A model generated the notes under the pieces. The model saw only the letters and a list, made by a program, of their open reading frames with translations, was not told the origin of the DNA and did not search any database. DNA of 64,000 nt from NCBI GenBank assembly GCA_964276515.1, contig OZ193909.1:4526001-4590000 (forward strand). Direction: 5' to 3'. A program made the translations under genes and the position numbers. Below are positions 1-11,857 of this stretch, one piece after another. Within the stretch, counting starts at the first letter, position 1. Every line of letters begins with the position of its first letter. Source of the DNA: Gordius albopunctatus. Its lineage: Eukaryota.

Positions 1-669
1 GGCACGCATGAGAAGCGATTTATAAATTATATTCTGCAGAAATAATTTTAATTAATCGATCACTTTGTGCCTCAAGTTATATCAGACATAAAAAATTTTA
101 ATGGAATTTTGTCAAAAAAATTATTAAAATGATATAAAAAATTTCACGACTAAAAAACTATAAAAACGCGCTAAAACTAAACAGATGCCATTGTTCTGTG
201 TATGGAAATCGTGTTGGATTTAACGATTTCCATTGTGATCTTTTGCCTGATAAAAATAATTGTCCCGAACCTATTACTAAGTATGCCAAACCTTTGTAGT
301 TGACCTTGTGACTTTTTGTAATAAATTTTTACACTAAAAATATTTTTATATAATCAAAATTAAAATAATTTTAAAGCACATCCGATTTTTCGCCCATGTA
401 AAAATTATATAAATTTAATTAGGTATATCTTGTAGGCCTCACTTATGTGTCGGGTATTTTTACAGTAAATAGAAAAGAATGCCCGTTCTCCGTTATTTTA
501 AAGGATCTATAATAAATGCGCATAATCGAAAAATTTCATACTAACTTTAAATTAACTTAAAATATGGGAATCGAAAATCCACATCCTTACAAATTAAATT
601 GCGAATAACAAAATTTTTTCTAAATGTTGACAGCAGATATTATGGTTAAATTGAGCAGCGCCTGCTTAC

Positions 670-2686
670 AAAGGATTCCGGGTGTCCCGGATCGAACGAT
701 TGAGTGCAATCAATTCGCTTACGTACACATCGAATTCGTTTTCCTTGAATCGCTCTTGGCGGGCCTCTTCATACTTTTTTGACAGCAAAACCGGTCTGCC
801 CATCTCACCGTCTCCTTCTATAAACTTGCTTTTGCCTATAAACAATTTAATGATACAAACTCGATTGGGGTTTGAAAGAGAAAAAATTTACAATACCGTT
901 ATATGTACATGTAAACGACTTCTGTGCAAAATATAATATGTGCAAAATCTAATATAGGCAAGGGTTAGGGTTAGTTTTAGTGATTTATTTGATAATATGT
1001 ATTTATTTATAAAATAGTATTATACATTTTGATATAACTTTTGTTTTAATTAACAATTATAGTATCCTTTTATTACGTAGTTTTTTTAGCACATATTACA
1101 TGCGTATTAATATGTGTGAAAACCGGTCTCAATTTCTAAAATGCGAATATTACATTATTAGATTTTGCACATATTACATTTTGCACCAGATTCCATGTAA
1201 ACTTGGTGCATTTTCTAAAATGCATACTATCGACCTAAAGATAAGTATCAGTTCAGTGAGGTGGGAAAGGATAGAGGATTCCGGTTAAAATATGGGAAAA
1301 TTTAATGACATTAAACCCTAGAAATTATTTATTCCTTAATTAGTTTGGAATTTAATCTTAGATGAAACCTACTAATTTTAAGATTCATTACACAAGATTT
1401 TTTAGAAATGTCTTTGAGGTTCATGTTAGTGGTGGAGGTCAAGGCTAGGTTTTTCGAAAAAAACACGTATGATTCATTTTTAAATTTTAAGGCTAAATAA
1501 GAATCACTAATAAAATTTTGTACTAATTTCATGTGAAAAGTGTTGAAATAATTTTTTTATGTATACATTATGTATATCATCAACGAAACATTTTGTGTTA
1601 TATTGCTTAGTCTATGGTGGGTGTAAAGATTTTTTTATGCAATTTTGTATATTCATCATTATTTATTAACATTTAAAAATTACATTGTCGAACCAAACGT
1701 TATTCTATTTTATAATTATATTTCTTTTAGAGTAACAAATTAATTTGTTAATTTTACATACACCTTTTGACGAAATGTTAAATTGTAAACTAAGTGTGCA
1801 ATAATTTAAAAGGTGTTATAACAGTGTAAAATTTTTTAAACAACTCTTACCGCCAGGAATAATGCGTACCTTGCGATTTTGAATGGCGACATTTTTGTAT
1901 TCTGCCAATAATTTACACGTATATAGGGTAAACAAAACATTCAAATGCTTTATCAGTTTCTTTTTTTATAAAAATAGGAAATAAACTAGGTTTTGTCCGA
2001 AATCATTCATTAAAAAATATTTTTAAAGCATGGCGCCTCCGCTCTTTGTTACTGTTATATACGATTGGCGTGTTACAGGATTATTGGAAATTAAAATTAT
2101 AACGGTGTAAAAATGGAAAGATATGCCCATTTATCTCCATTAAGCAGCCTATGACAACTAATACAACATTTGGGAGATTATACCGAAGCACAGACCTAAC
2201 AAGTTACGGTAAATTGCAGCTGAATTGTTTCCTTTATCAAGCCTCATCTTTTTCAAAATTAGAATACTATTAAATTTAAACAAAATCTAAGGAATAAATT
2301 TATAGTTATTATGACATTTAAGGTCTTAGGTCAGTCATATACTAAATTGAAATATCAAATTAAAGTTCCTAAAGCGTACCTTTTGCATGGGTGAAAGTGT
2401 TTGGTTTTGGGGAAACCTTAACCATTAATCTTCTACGCTTGGTACCCTTTTTCGAAATGCCATGCATTTTGACACCGAAATCGAAAACGGGGCTGGGCTC
2501 AGGATATTTCCGGATAAAAACTCTGTAATCAGAACTCTGATTGGGCATTGGGTTTGTTGTGAAACACTTGGTGAATGTGTCTACGTGAACGAGCAAAAAA
2601 ATAACGTCCAAAAAGATCCAGGTGAGCGAAGTAAAAATTATGACAAATAAAATTTGTGTCCTCTGAGACGCTGCGTTGCGCTTCAT
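670..2686 (-). CDS. Polypeptide N-acetylgalactosaminyltransferase (ppGalNAc-T/GALNT family), first coding exons; the gene probably continues beyond the left edge
   Basis: Exon 2686-2380 encodes a type II membrane anchor (ILFVIIFTSLTWIFLDVIFLL) and ends at a phase-1 GT donor. Exon 835-670 (AG/GT bounded, phase compatible) reads GKSKFIEGDGEMGRPVLL...FKENEFDVYVSELIALNRSIRDTRNP, matching the GALNT stem motif GEMGxPV...FxxNxFxxxxSxxIxLxRSxxDxR. The paralogue cannot be assigned. Confidence 0.85.
917..1193. mobile_element. Mutator-like MITE in a GALNT intron
   Basis: 31-bp inverted repeats (924-954 and 1156-1186, one mismatch). A perfect 9-bp flanking duplication catgtaaac lies at 908-916 and 1194-1202, and 9-bp TSDs are typical of MULEs. 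Confidence 0.75.
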
Positions 2687-4801
2687 TACAAAAGCCGGGA
2701 TGCGGGTTTAAATCTATCTGTGTTGCAGACTAAAATTATAGGCTTATGCGGTTTTGTATTTAATGAGCGCAAAATCAATCGAATCAGTTAATGTCATGAC
2801 ATAAGGGCCGGTAAACTAGATTAGCAGGCGATTGCCTTTTAATGGCGATCGGTGTTTACTTAACATGGTTAGGAAATGTTTCTTAGTAGCAAAGTTATGT
2901 AACTTATGCAGCTTTTGCATACTTTGTGCAACCAAATGCACACTAAATTTTGCAATTTAATAAAAGAAACGCTAAATATGATTAATAATTTAATCTTTGA
3001 ATGATTTACACATAAAAAGTGTGACAAAAGTTAGGGAGAGCAAGATTAGGGTGGAACTGGTTAAATTCTATTATACTATTAGAACTGAAAAATTATAATA
3101 AGATGACTAAAATGTGATAGTATGACTACTTTTTTGAAATTTAAATTTATGAGAAATATAGGTTTACAATAACGTATTTATACTTACTGGTAATGATGCT
3201 AAGTTTCATGGACTATATTTCTTGATGTTTAATCTGTCGCACATTGCTCTAAGGTTCAGCGAATAGCGAACATCTACTTTCGTGAAAATTACCGCTAAAC
3301 CGTCTTAGTGCCAATTTATTATAAATATTTTAATACATATGGTCTTTACGCCTAAATGTAGATGCTAAAATAAAATTCATGCAGAAAATAAACAGGCGCC
3401 ATAGATCGAGGCTAAATTGTGTTTCAGCGACCAGAGCCCAGCCCGCTTTGGGCCTGAATTTGGCCTCGAGCTGACCCATCATGCCCGTAGCCCGAGGTAG
3501 ATAAACTTTATTAATTGTCTAGGCCCACCCTCGAGGCGCTAAGATCAACAAGTCATTCAATCATCCCAAAAAATCCAAATAGAAAAAATGACTAATTTAT
3601 ACTTTCCTTAATTAATTATAAAAAGGAGCTTCTGTGGCAAATTATAAAATCACTAAAAAGTTTAAATTCGTATCGTCGTTTTTGCTCAATATCGTTTTAA
3701 TACATTTTTCAAGACAATCACTAATATCTAAATCGCCAATTTTTCGTGTAATTAAACTTGGAACTTTAATCGCGAATTATAATTTTAATGCTTGAACTTT
3801 ACAGAGCCTTGGTAGAGTTCTTTTTAAAGCTATCACAGTTTGAATTAATTTTATACATCGCATACAATTACAATTTGGCACACATTTAATAAATGATTTA
3901 TAAATAATTATAATCGGTTATAATTAAGCTTGATTAAATTACTATATATTTTAAAGTTCCAAAATATCAATACGAAATTTTACCAGTTACATGACTGTAA
4001 TAGGATGTTTAGAGTTTGGACGGAATAATACATTGCAAATTTCGGTGCTTTAAATTACTTTCGTCCAGAATGTTCCTGTTTTTAAATCTTTAAATGCCTT
4101 TCATCGTTTGATCCAAATATATTTTTTATGTACAATATTTGTGAAATTTTTGAAGGGAATATCTAAATGATATTGTCTTTTGAAAAATCTATCTATATGG
4201 ACACATTTATTATATCAGTAAATTTTATTTACACTATATTAAATACAAATACCATGTTCATTACGCGCCACTTAACGATACACAATAAAATAGTCATTGA
4301 TTACTAATTAATTGTATCAAATTTATTTACAAAAATAAAAAAATATACAAAGTCTTAAAATGTCCACTTTAAAAATAAAGAAATAATATGAAATAAATAC
4401 TTACTATATTATTACCTTAAATTAAAGCATCTAAATAAAAATATTATTTTTAACTCACGCGTACAATAAACTTAAAACCTATAAATTGGTTCTAGATAAA
4501 AGTTTAAATTTAACGTTAAAATATAAAACTGACCTCTTATTTGGAATATCAAAATATAACTTTTAGAAATAACCTACCAAATTGATATCATTCTAAACAA
4601 TAGCGCATGTTGTTTATAAACACGTATTAAATCTTCTAATAAGGTCGATTTCCGTGAGCTTCTTGTTATTCAAAGTTTCAAATTAACATTATCTCCACTA
4701 CATTTCTGATGATTTAAAGCCGACAATTTCTGAGCCAAATTAAACGCATAAACAAAATTTAAATCTTTATTTTGTTCAAATTATTCAAAGAAAGATATAA
4801 A

Positions 4802-5152
4802 TGTATATTTGTTTTAGCATTCATATACCAGCAAATTTGCAATTAAAAGATTACATCAATCGAATATTTTAAAACGAATTTTTGCCGAAGATTAAATTGT
4901 TATAATTAAAGATGTTCGGGGGAAATTGATATGGCGAAATCGCGTTCATTCCATGGTTATTGTTTTTCTTTTAAATATTATTTTGGGTTAGATGTTTATA
5001 CTTAATATGGGAAGGTATGTTAATATTTTGATTAGATAATAAATCTAGTAAGCATAAATGTTGACGAAAAAATTCAAATTTGTTTTGTACCAAGGCGTAA
5101 TTGTATATTTGTTTTAGCATTTATATACCAGCAAATTTGCAATTAAAAGATT
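4802..5152. repeat. 51-bp direct repeat pair exactly 300 bp apart
   Basis: 4802-4852 and 5102-5152 are identical except at one position. Confidence 0.9.
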
Positions 5153-5175
5153 GAAAGTTAACTTTGAATTTATAT

Positions 5176-5459
5176 TAGTGTTGTAAAAACGAACAAGAGG
5201 AAGACCCAAGCTAACCTGGATTCATAAAATACGGCATGATATGAAAGTCCACTATGTAAACATAGAAACAAATGGAAACGAATGCTGAAAGGACTGACCA
5301 CCAGCCTAGGTGACAAGCAGTCATAGAAAGAAGAAGAAGAAGTTGTAAAAAAGGCTGGTTTTTTTTGGTCGAACTTCAACTATGACGAACGGTCGAAAGC
5401 ATACTTCGACCAAGCCTCAAAGGTCAACTAAACCAGACCTCGCCGTTCTTACATCACTA
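5176..5459. mobile_element. hAT-like MITE, TAGTG(T)TGTAAAAACG family
   Basis: Termini tagtgttgtaaaaacg ... cgttcttacatcacta. The same family recurs near 21447, 23285, 24998, 35756, 37251 and 38140-38250. Confidence 0.6.
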
Positions 5460-6606
5460 TATTCACACTTGTATTAGTTATAGTCAAATTGCCTGTATAA
5501 GGTACCGACAAGGGAATTCATTGGGCCCATGTTGTCTTGCAATTCAAAATTTTGCAAAGCCTATTTCCTTTAAATGTACCCTTACTTTTAATGTTTGGAA
5601 TCTCAACGAGGCCATCCAATTGTGCCCACTTCCCGGATTATTGCAAAGCCATCCATATTAATGAATATTTGGAACGATCTTAACTTAAGCAGAGCTGGGG
5701 GGAATCTAATTTTTCAAGCACCAAACCTAATTGGCTTTCTATTTTTTACACTATAAGCATTGAAAGAAAATTTTAAAATGTATTTTTTAAGATATCTCCA
5801 CAGAAACTTTGAGATTTAACCTGAATTAAAACATTCAATGTGCTTTTTTGCGCTCCCCTTTTTCTGAACCATTACAATTTAATTTTAAATTAAAATATTC
5901 ATTTATTTTGCTCTATTATTAAATTTTTGCACTGCCCCTTTAAAAGCAAACGAAGGCTAAGATTTTTTTAGCGAAAATATTCAATTTAAAATTTAACATT
6001 CACAATTGGTTCTAAGCCTCTTTACCGGCCAAATCAGAAGATTTAAAAATTGGTCTTCGTGGCAGCATATCCTAAGCAACTTTTATATACTCAATGAAAT
6101 TCGGTAAGGGTTGAATTTCTAAGCTTATACCACAAAATTTCGACCACCTGAGAGCTATAGCATATAAATGTCATAATAGAGACCATTTAATTTTAATGTT
6201 TGAGACGGATGGATTGGGATTATGGTCTATTCTTGCGATCCGTCAATTATCTGTCATTAAGCTGCAACGATACCAATCATTACAAACTTCGGTCCCTCGC
6301 TTTCAAAGGTTCCGGTCGCGAGTGGCTTGAAGTCTATCTCAGCCTACTTTTGGGAGCGAATCTGGACGATTTGGGCTTCCATAAACTGTAGCTTTAAGGT
6401 TGGGTATTAGTTACTAACGAATTTCTCTGTCGGGATTGTCTTTCATTAATAGACTAACGGCAAACACCCTCTATATTTTCTGGCTAATTTTTATTATCCA
6501 ATCATGGCCGTTAGGCAGCCATGATTGGACCTGTGGATTCCTGCAGGGCAAGCCTGCTATCGCCCACAGCGTTTATTACTAATAAACTAACACTATATAT
6601 GACCAT

Positions 6607-6720
6607 ATCTTCTTCTTTATCAGTTATTTGGTCCCACATTGGTGGGGTTTGTTTTGATGAGTCTCTTCCATCTTGACCAGGTTAGTGCCATGTCTTGACG
6701 AATCTCTTTAGTTTCCATAA
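6607..6720 (-). mobile_element. 3' terminal fragment of an RTE-clade LINE
   Basis: Closely matches the 3' end of the RTE copy at 50215-50300. The minus strand translates METKEIRQDMALTWSRWKRLIKTNPTNVGPNN*, followed by a short (GAA)n tail typical of RTE elements. Confidence 0.85.
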
Positions 6721-6735
6721 ATTTAAAGGAAGTGC

Positions 6736-7068
6736 TCACGCCCCGCATCTCGAGTATGCGTTCACCAAGATCTGTGACGTTATGGGTCTCGACAATATGA
6801 TCAAGATTAAACAGAACCTGGAGTGGGTTTCCACGGACAAGAATCCATATGATATGACATAATAAACAACAATGTGGCGAAATTTTTTATGATATAAAGT
6901 ATATATGAGGTGAATAGAAGGTGCTATATGTAAAGGTGTAAGATCGCGAAATCCAAAAGAGCGACTATAAAACGGTGGTAATTCTTTATATATCCGCGTA
7001 ATGTTAATGCGCGATTGGGTTAGATTGGTTCTGGACCTTCGTTCACCGAAATTTCGCCACCTGCTCAT
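6736..7068 (-). other. 110-codon ORF or promoter-like region downstream of the RT-RNase H ORF; function unknown
   Basis: Its ATG overlaps the TGA of the upstream polymerase ORF (ATGA at 7068-7065) and the N-terminus is Arg-rich. The same DNA carries two CCAAT boxes and TATATAAAG on the minus strand, so it may be non-coding. Confidence 0.3.
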
Positions 7069-8646
7069 GTGTCCCAGTCGAATAGCTCGTCTTCTTCCTC
7101 GTAGATATCAGGGATAGGCTGGCCCTCCGGCGGGATACCTGCGAGGATGGACGGAACCGTGTATCGCTCTGGTGGGATCCAGGTGCGCGAGGTGTAGTCG
7201 GCCGGATTATCGTCGGTCGGCGTCCATTGTACGCTATACCTGATGGCTAGGAGGGCGTCCAGGCCGTATTCTTTTACGAAACTCGAGATGAGGTCCTCGA
7301 TGGCCGGGGAATTGGATCCGCCTTTTATCAGGACGTAGTAAGCGCTCGATGAATCGGTGCGGATGCGTGGGAAGGGATGGTCATCGTATTTACCGACCAG
7401 GTATCCGTATAGTGCTCCGCTGGTTTCCGTGATCGTGATGTGGGGGCTGTCGGGAAGGGTGTAATTCATGGCTGCCGCTGCATCCGCGAATGTGATTGAT
7501 AATTGTCTGTCAGGGCAGTAGATTCGAATGTGTTCGCTTGACGCATCCGTGTAGATGGTGACATCGGGGGTAATGTACAGGGGGATGCGATGTTTTAAGG
7601 ATTCGATGATGACAAATAACTTGAAGCATGCCCTATTCATATTGAACAGGCGGGAGCGGTTCGAGAGGTACGCATAGAACGGAGCCAGCAGCTTTGACAT
7701 GCCGGTTAAGTTGTACAGGAAATAATTTAAGACGCCTAAGGCCTCTAGGAAGACCTGTGTGGGGGGAGCCGTGTTCGTGGGGAATGCGTAGAATAGAATG
7801 TCGGAGGCATATTCGAGGCGCGTGATAACCTGCGTCGTACACCGAATCGAGTGGTCCTCGAATGATATTTTAAGGCCTAAATATTCTATGTCCCTTTCGG
7901 GGAGTAGGGATGACTTTTGGGCATTGAACGTAAGACCCCACTCTGCGGCCAGTGAATAGATTGGCTCTAAGTCCTTCTGGACATCCGTACATGAATCTCC
8001 GTAGGTCAGGATATCGTCAAGGTATACATTGTATTTGCACCTAGTGACTGCCTTGGCGGTAAGGTCTGCTACGATCATTTGAAGCACGTAGGGGGAGAAG
8101 GATGCCCCCATGGGGAGGACTTTGTAGCGGAATTTCCGTGTTTGGAATGTGTAGGCAGTGTATTTCCGGGCCGAGACGTTCAGGGGTATGCTAAAGAAAG
8201 TGGCCTTGAGGGCGATCTTGGCGGCGTAGAACGCTCGGCTGAGTTGCTTTTGATGTTAGGGGTATCGATGCGAGTTTGATGGGATAATGGATAAAATTTT
8301 TCGATACCTGGGATAAATCTGTTATTACACGGGCGTCGCCGTTGGATTTTGGAATAAAAAAGGTTGCCGATTTAACTATTTCTCTGGTGGTTTCTTCTAC
8401 CACGTGAAAATATTCGGGTTTTCCACGAGAGATGGCTTTTCGCCGGGAGGTTAAGAATAAACCTCCGTGTTTGCGGATTTTGGGCATATCCAGTCTGGGC
8501 ATGAAGCCTTTTTTGGCGATTCGTTTAGTGAAGGGGGACTGGAGGGGATGTGGCCGTAGAGGGCTAGTGGGGGGTAGTGTGGGTTCTCTATTCCAATGGA
8601 ATATAGATTTGTGGAGGTCGAATATGGGCATCATAACAACACGCAC
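7065..8646 (-). pseudogene. Reverse transcriptase-RNase H of a hepadnavirus-like or DIRS-like retroelement, lightly disabled
   Basis: Joining ORFs 8646-8191 and 8111-7065 across one frameshift (about 8245-8260) gives FFIPKSNGDARVITDLSQVSK ... AAKIALKATFFSIPL ... YKVLPMGASFSPYVLQ ... VYLDDIL (8024-8013) ... GLTFNAQKS ... IEYLGLKI. RNase H motifs follow: IYTDAS, HITITE, RTDS, WTPTDDNPADYTSR. The motif-A Asp codon reads GCC (Ala) at 8213-8211. The segment is much richer in GC and CpG than its flanks. Confidence 0.85.
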
Positions 8647-10471
8647 TTAATTCCTAGTGTTGAAGAGAAGGGAGGGCGCCCTCTAGTCTGGTGTAATTTG
8701 TCAATGTAAAAGATAGGGATAATTAATTTTGTATATAATTTAAAAAGTAAAAGTTTTAGGATAAAAAAAAATTGTGAATACATTCCTCTCCCCTATATCT
8801 ACGTATTAAATCTATTAAACAAAATTTTTACCGATTAATTTGCAGGTAATGGACGTTTGAAAAACGCTAAAATCGCGTTTTTGGCGACTTTGACAGCGAA
8901 TATTTAAAAAACTTGATGTATAGGGATAAAACTAAAAACATATTTGTGTTCACAGTAAAAAACTCTACCAGAATCTGCAAATAGTTTGCAGGTTAATTTC
9001 ACAAGTCCATTATTTGTTGACCAGTGTTATTATATAAGATATAAATTGGTCATAATGGAACCAATTTTTATCTCAAACCCCAAAACACAAGCTAGATGAG
9101 TATCTTAAGGCAAGAAGCATTATTTTTCATAATGAATTTATTGAGATCTTATATAATAACGTTAAAATAATGACAAAAATACGAGAGTAAATTTTGAAGA
9201 TATCATTATTAATAACAAGTAATTATCTTAACATTGTAAATACAATAAAATAGGCATTGTTGTTGGAAGAACATAACAGTTTTGAGATCTTACGTTAATT
9301 GCACATATATAACATATAACATAAAATAAAAAATTTTCTTTAAAGCACAATTTACACTTCTCCATTTTATTTGATTTGAGCAGCTTGCTCTTTTTTGTGT
9401 TGGGTGATGAACTTGTTGCGCATAAACTCATTATAGGTCTAAATAATTTTATACTATATAAGCTATACAAATAAGTAACAAATACCTAAATACGCTAAGG
9501 GCTACTAACACTATGTCTATTAAGATTATATTACAAATTTGAAATTTGCGCGAAGCGGATAATTAGGTGCCTAAGTAATTACTATCAAAAGTTTTAAAAT
9601 CATATTAAATTGCATTAAATACCCTAAATTTAAATCTCATAAATAAAAATTTTTAATTAGTTAAATGAAGACTTAATAGATAAAAATTAAAGTCGAGATC
9701 TCGCCGATAAAATCTCGTCTCGTCTCGAGGTCAAAATTCTCGTCTCGATCTCGACTCAAATTTTCAAAATCTCGTCGAGACGAGGCCGAGATTTTTCAAG
9801 ACGAGACGAGACGACCCCGAGATTTTTCTCGGTTTTTCCGCATCACTAGTAAACAGCGCGTGTGTAGTATGTACTCCAATGTACTCCTTTTTCCAGACAT
9901 AGTGGAACGAATTTCGATAAGGAGAAAGGGTTCACAAAAAAGCGAATAAATTTAAATATAGAGGTGTAACAAAAAAAAATAAATGAATGGTCCTATAGTT
10001 GAAACTTTAATCTATAGAAATATATTACTATTTTTCACTAAATATTAAAAATCAAGAAGGCTTAAAAAGGGCATTTTGGCACCTTCAATCTCGTATATCT
10101 AAGAAACTGGTAATTGTGGGAAAAAAAATAAAAAAAAATATTATTGTTTCAGCGCAAAATTCTCTATCAGAATTATTGGTCTCTGATTGTAGGATGTGAT
10201 CACGAAGTCAATATTTGTAGAACTGTGTTATAACACCTACGTTATAAAAATTTGTATTATCCTTGTAACTATCATAAATAATGTCATAACTTAAAATTAT
10301 ATAATTTAGTATTATAATATTCTTATTTATTGTATATTTAAATATGTATTTTAACATTCATGCACTGCATAGGCATTCTTATCTGTCACTTGACTATGTT
10401 TCAGATGACACCAATTCTGATTTTAATAGTAAAAATATCCTGTTCACCAATCTACAGTACTATTAATTTAT

Positions 10472-10814
10472 CGTTATACGACATCCGGGACGTCAGCAAT
10501 ACGTCAGTCACACCACACGTGACATACGTGACCTAACGTCGTCAATTTTAGGAAACAAGTTTGTCACACCAATAGCGTCAATCTACTCTATCTTCCTAGA
10601 AGACTATCGATATATTTAGATTATTTAGAAACTAAGAATCGTTCCATATAAAATATCGATTTATGGAAATCTATTACTCACCAACACCATATTATCCCTA
10701 TATAAACTCGCACCCTTAATCAATACAGACACACACAGTTTTGTATTTTTATATTCCCGATTATAAATGTTCGCCGTTTAATAAATAATAACCACGCATT
10801 CTTAAAAGTTTACA
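10472..10814 (+). mobile_element. Possible solo LTR
   Basis: CpG-rich 5' part, then CCAAT, ctatataaa and AATAAA in LTR order, ending in ...ttaca. The 5' end reads CGTT rather than TGT and no TSD was found. Confidence 0.3.
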
Positions 10815-11857
10815 GGATATAAGGCACTTCTACAGGACTTAGTCATATTTACACAGTAATATCATTTGGAATGTTTTTATATAAAAAGGATAGAGATGAA
10901 TTGCTTGATATGATTTGTGAAAAATTAACCCTTAAAATATATTAGTGTCGAAATTATTAAATTGTAAACAACTAATTTTACTATCCTCTTACAAATTATT
11001 TACCTTTAAAATTAAGAATATCCATGCTTTATAAATTACGAATGTCAATAATTTTTTATAAACAATATAAAAAAATATCTACAAAATTGTCTGTCAATCT
11101 ATAAATTGCTATAAAATGAAATCTTAAGGTCAAAGTATAGATTTTATAGACTTAAAGTAAGTGCCAAGATTCAAATAATATAAATCAAATTTTTTTATAG
11201 ATAAATAAGAATCTATGATGTTTTTACAGAAAAAAATATTCTGTAAAAAATTATGAGGTTTGCATCCTACGAAGTAAATTGTATGATTAATAGTATTAAC
11301 CTTATATTATTATCATAGCACATCATTATATTAGTATATTGCCTCGAATGTTTGGGTAGATATGAAAGAACATATATAAAGAATAATGTCCGATTTGCCG
11401 CCTAACCTATAGAAGACTATAAAATGTATACATATAGCACGATTTTGTGTATTATAATTAAAGGCAAACGTTCATATAATAATGCAAACATCTTAGTTTA
11501 AACTCTTAGCAGAAAATTACAACAAATTTTGAGGTATATTAACACGTTTAACAATTTGAGGAGGAAAAACGTGCAACACCAATGAAGGATAAGAATTTTT
11601 ATAATGACCCTAAAGATAACTTTTAAATGTCTCAAAACTCCATTCAATATTAATATCTTTAATAAAACAAAAAATCTCTTAGTTGATTATGAGAAAAAGA
11701 TTTATGGAAAACCTAGCCAACATGTTGTAAACGAAATGTCGAATTTGGATTTCGCTAATCAATTTGCATTAAAACCCGATAAAATTTAAAGGTCCAGCTG
11801 AGGGTATCATTTCAAAATGTCACACGCCAAAATGTCACTGAATCTCACGATCTAAAT

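Noticed and set aside
961..974. agggttagggttag telomere-like motif
   Set aside because: Only about two units and internal to a MITE; no evidence of a telomere or telomerase template.
7633..7842. Overlapping 69-aa ORF inside the RT as a possible surface protein
   Set aside because: Short, with no hydrophobic segments; expected by chance in GC-rich DNA.
8672..8683. 12-bp palindrome gagggcgccctc at the upstream edge of the RT cassette as an epsilon-like signal
   Set aside because: Too short, with no loop or bulge; it cannot be distinguished from chance.
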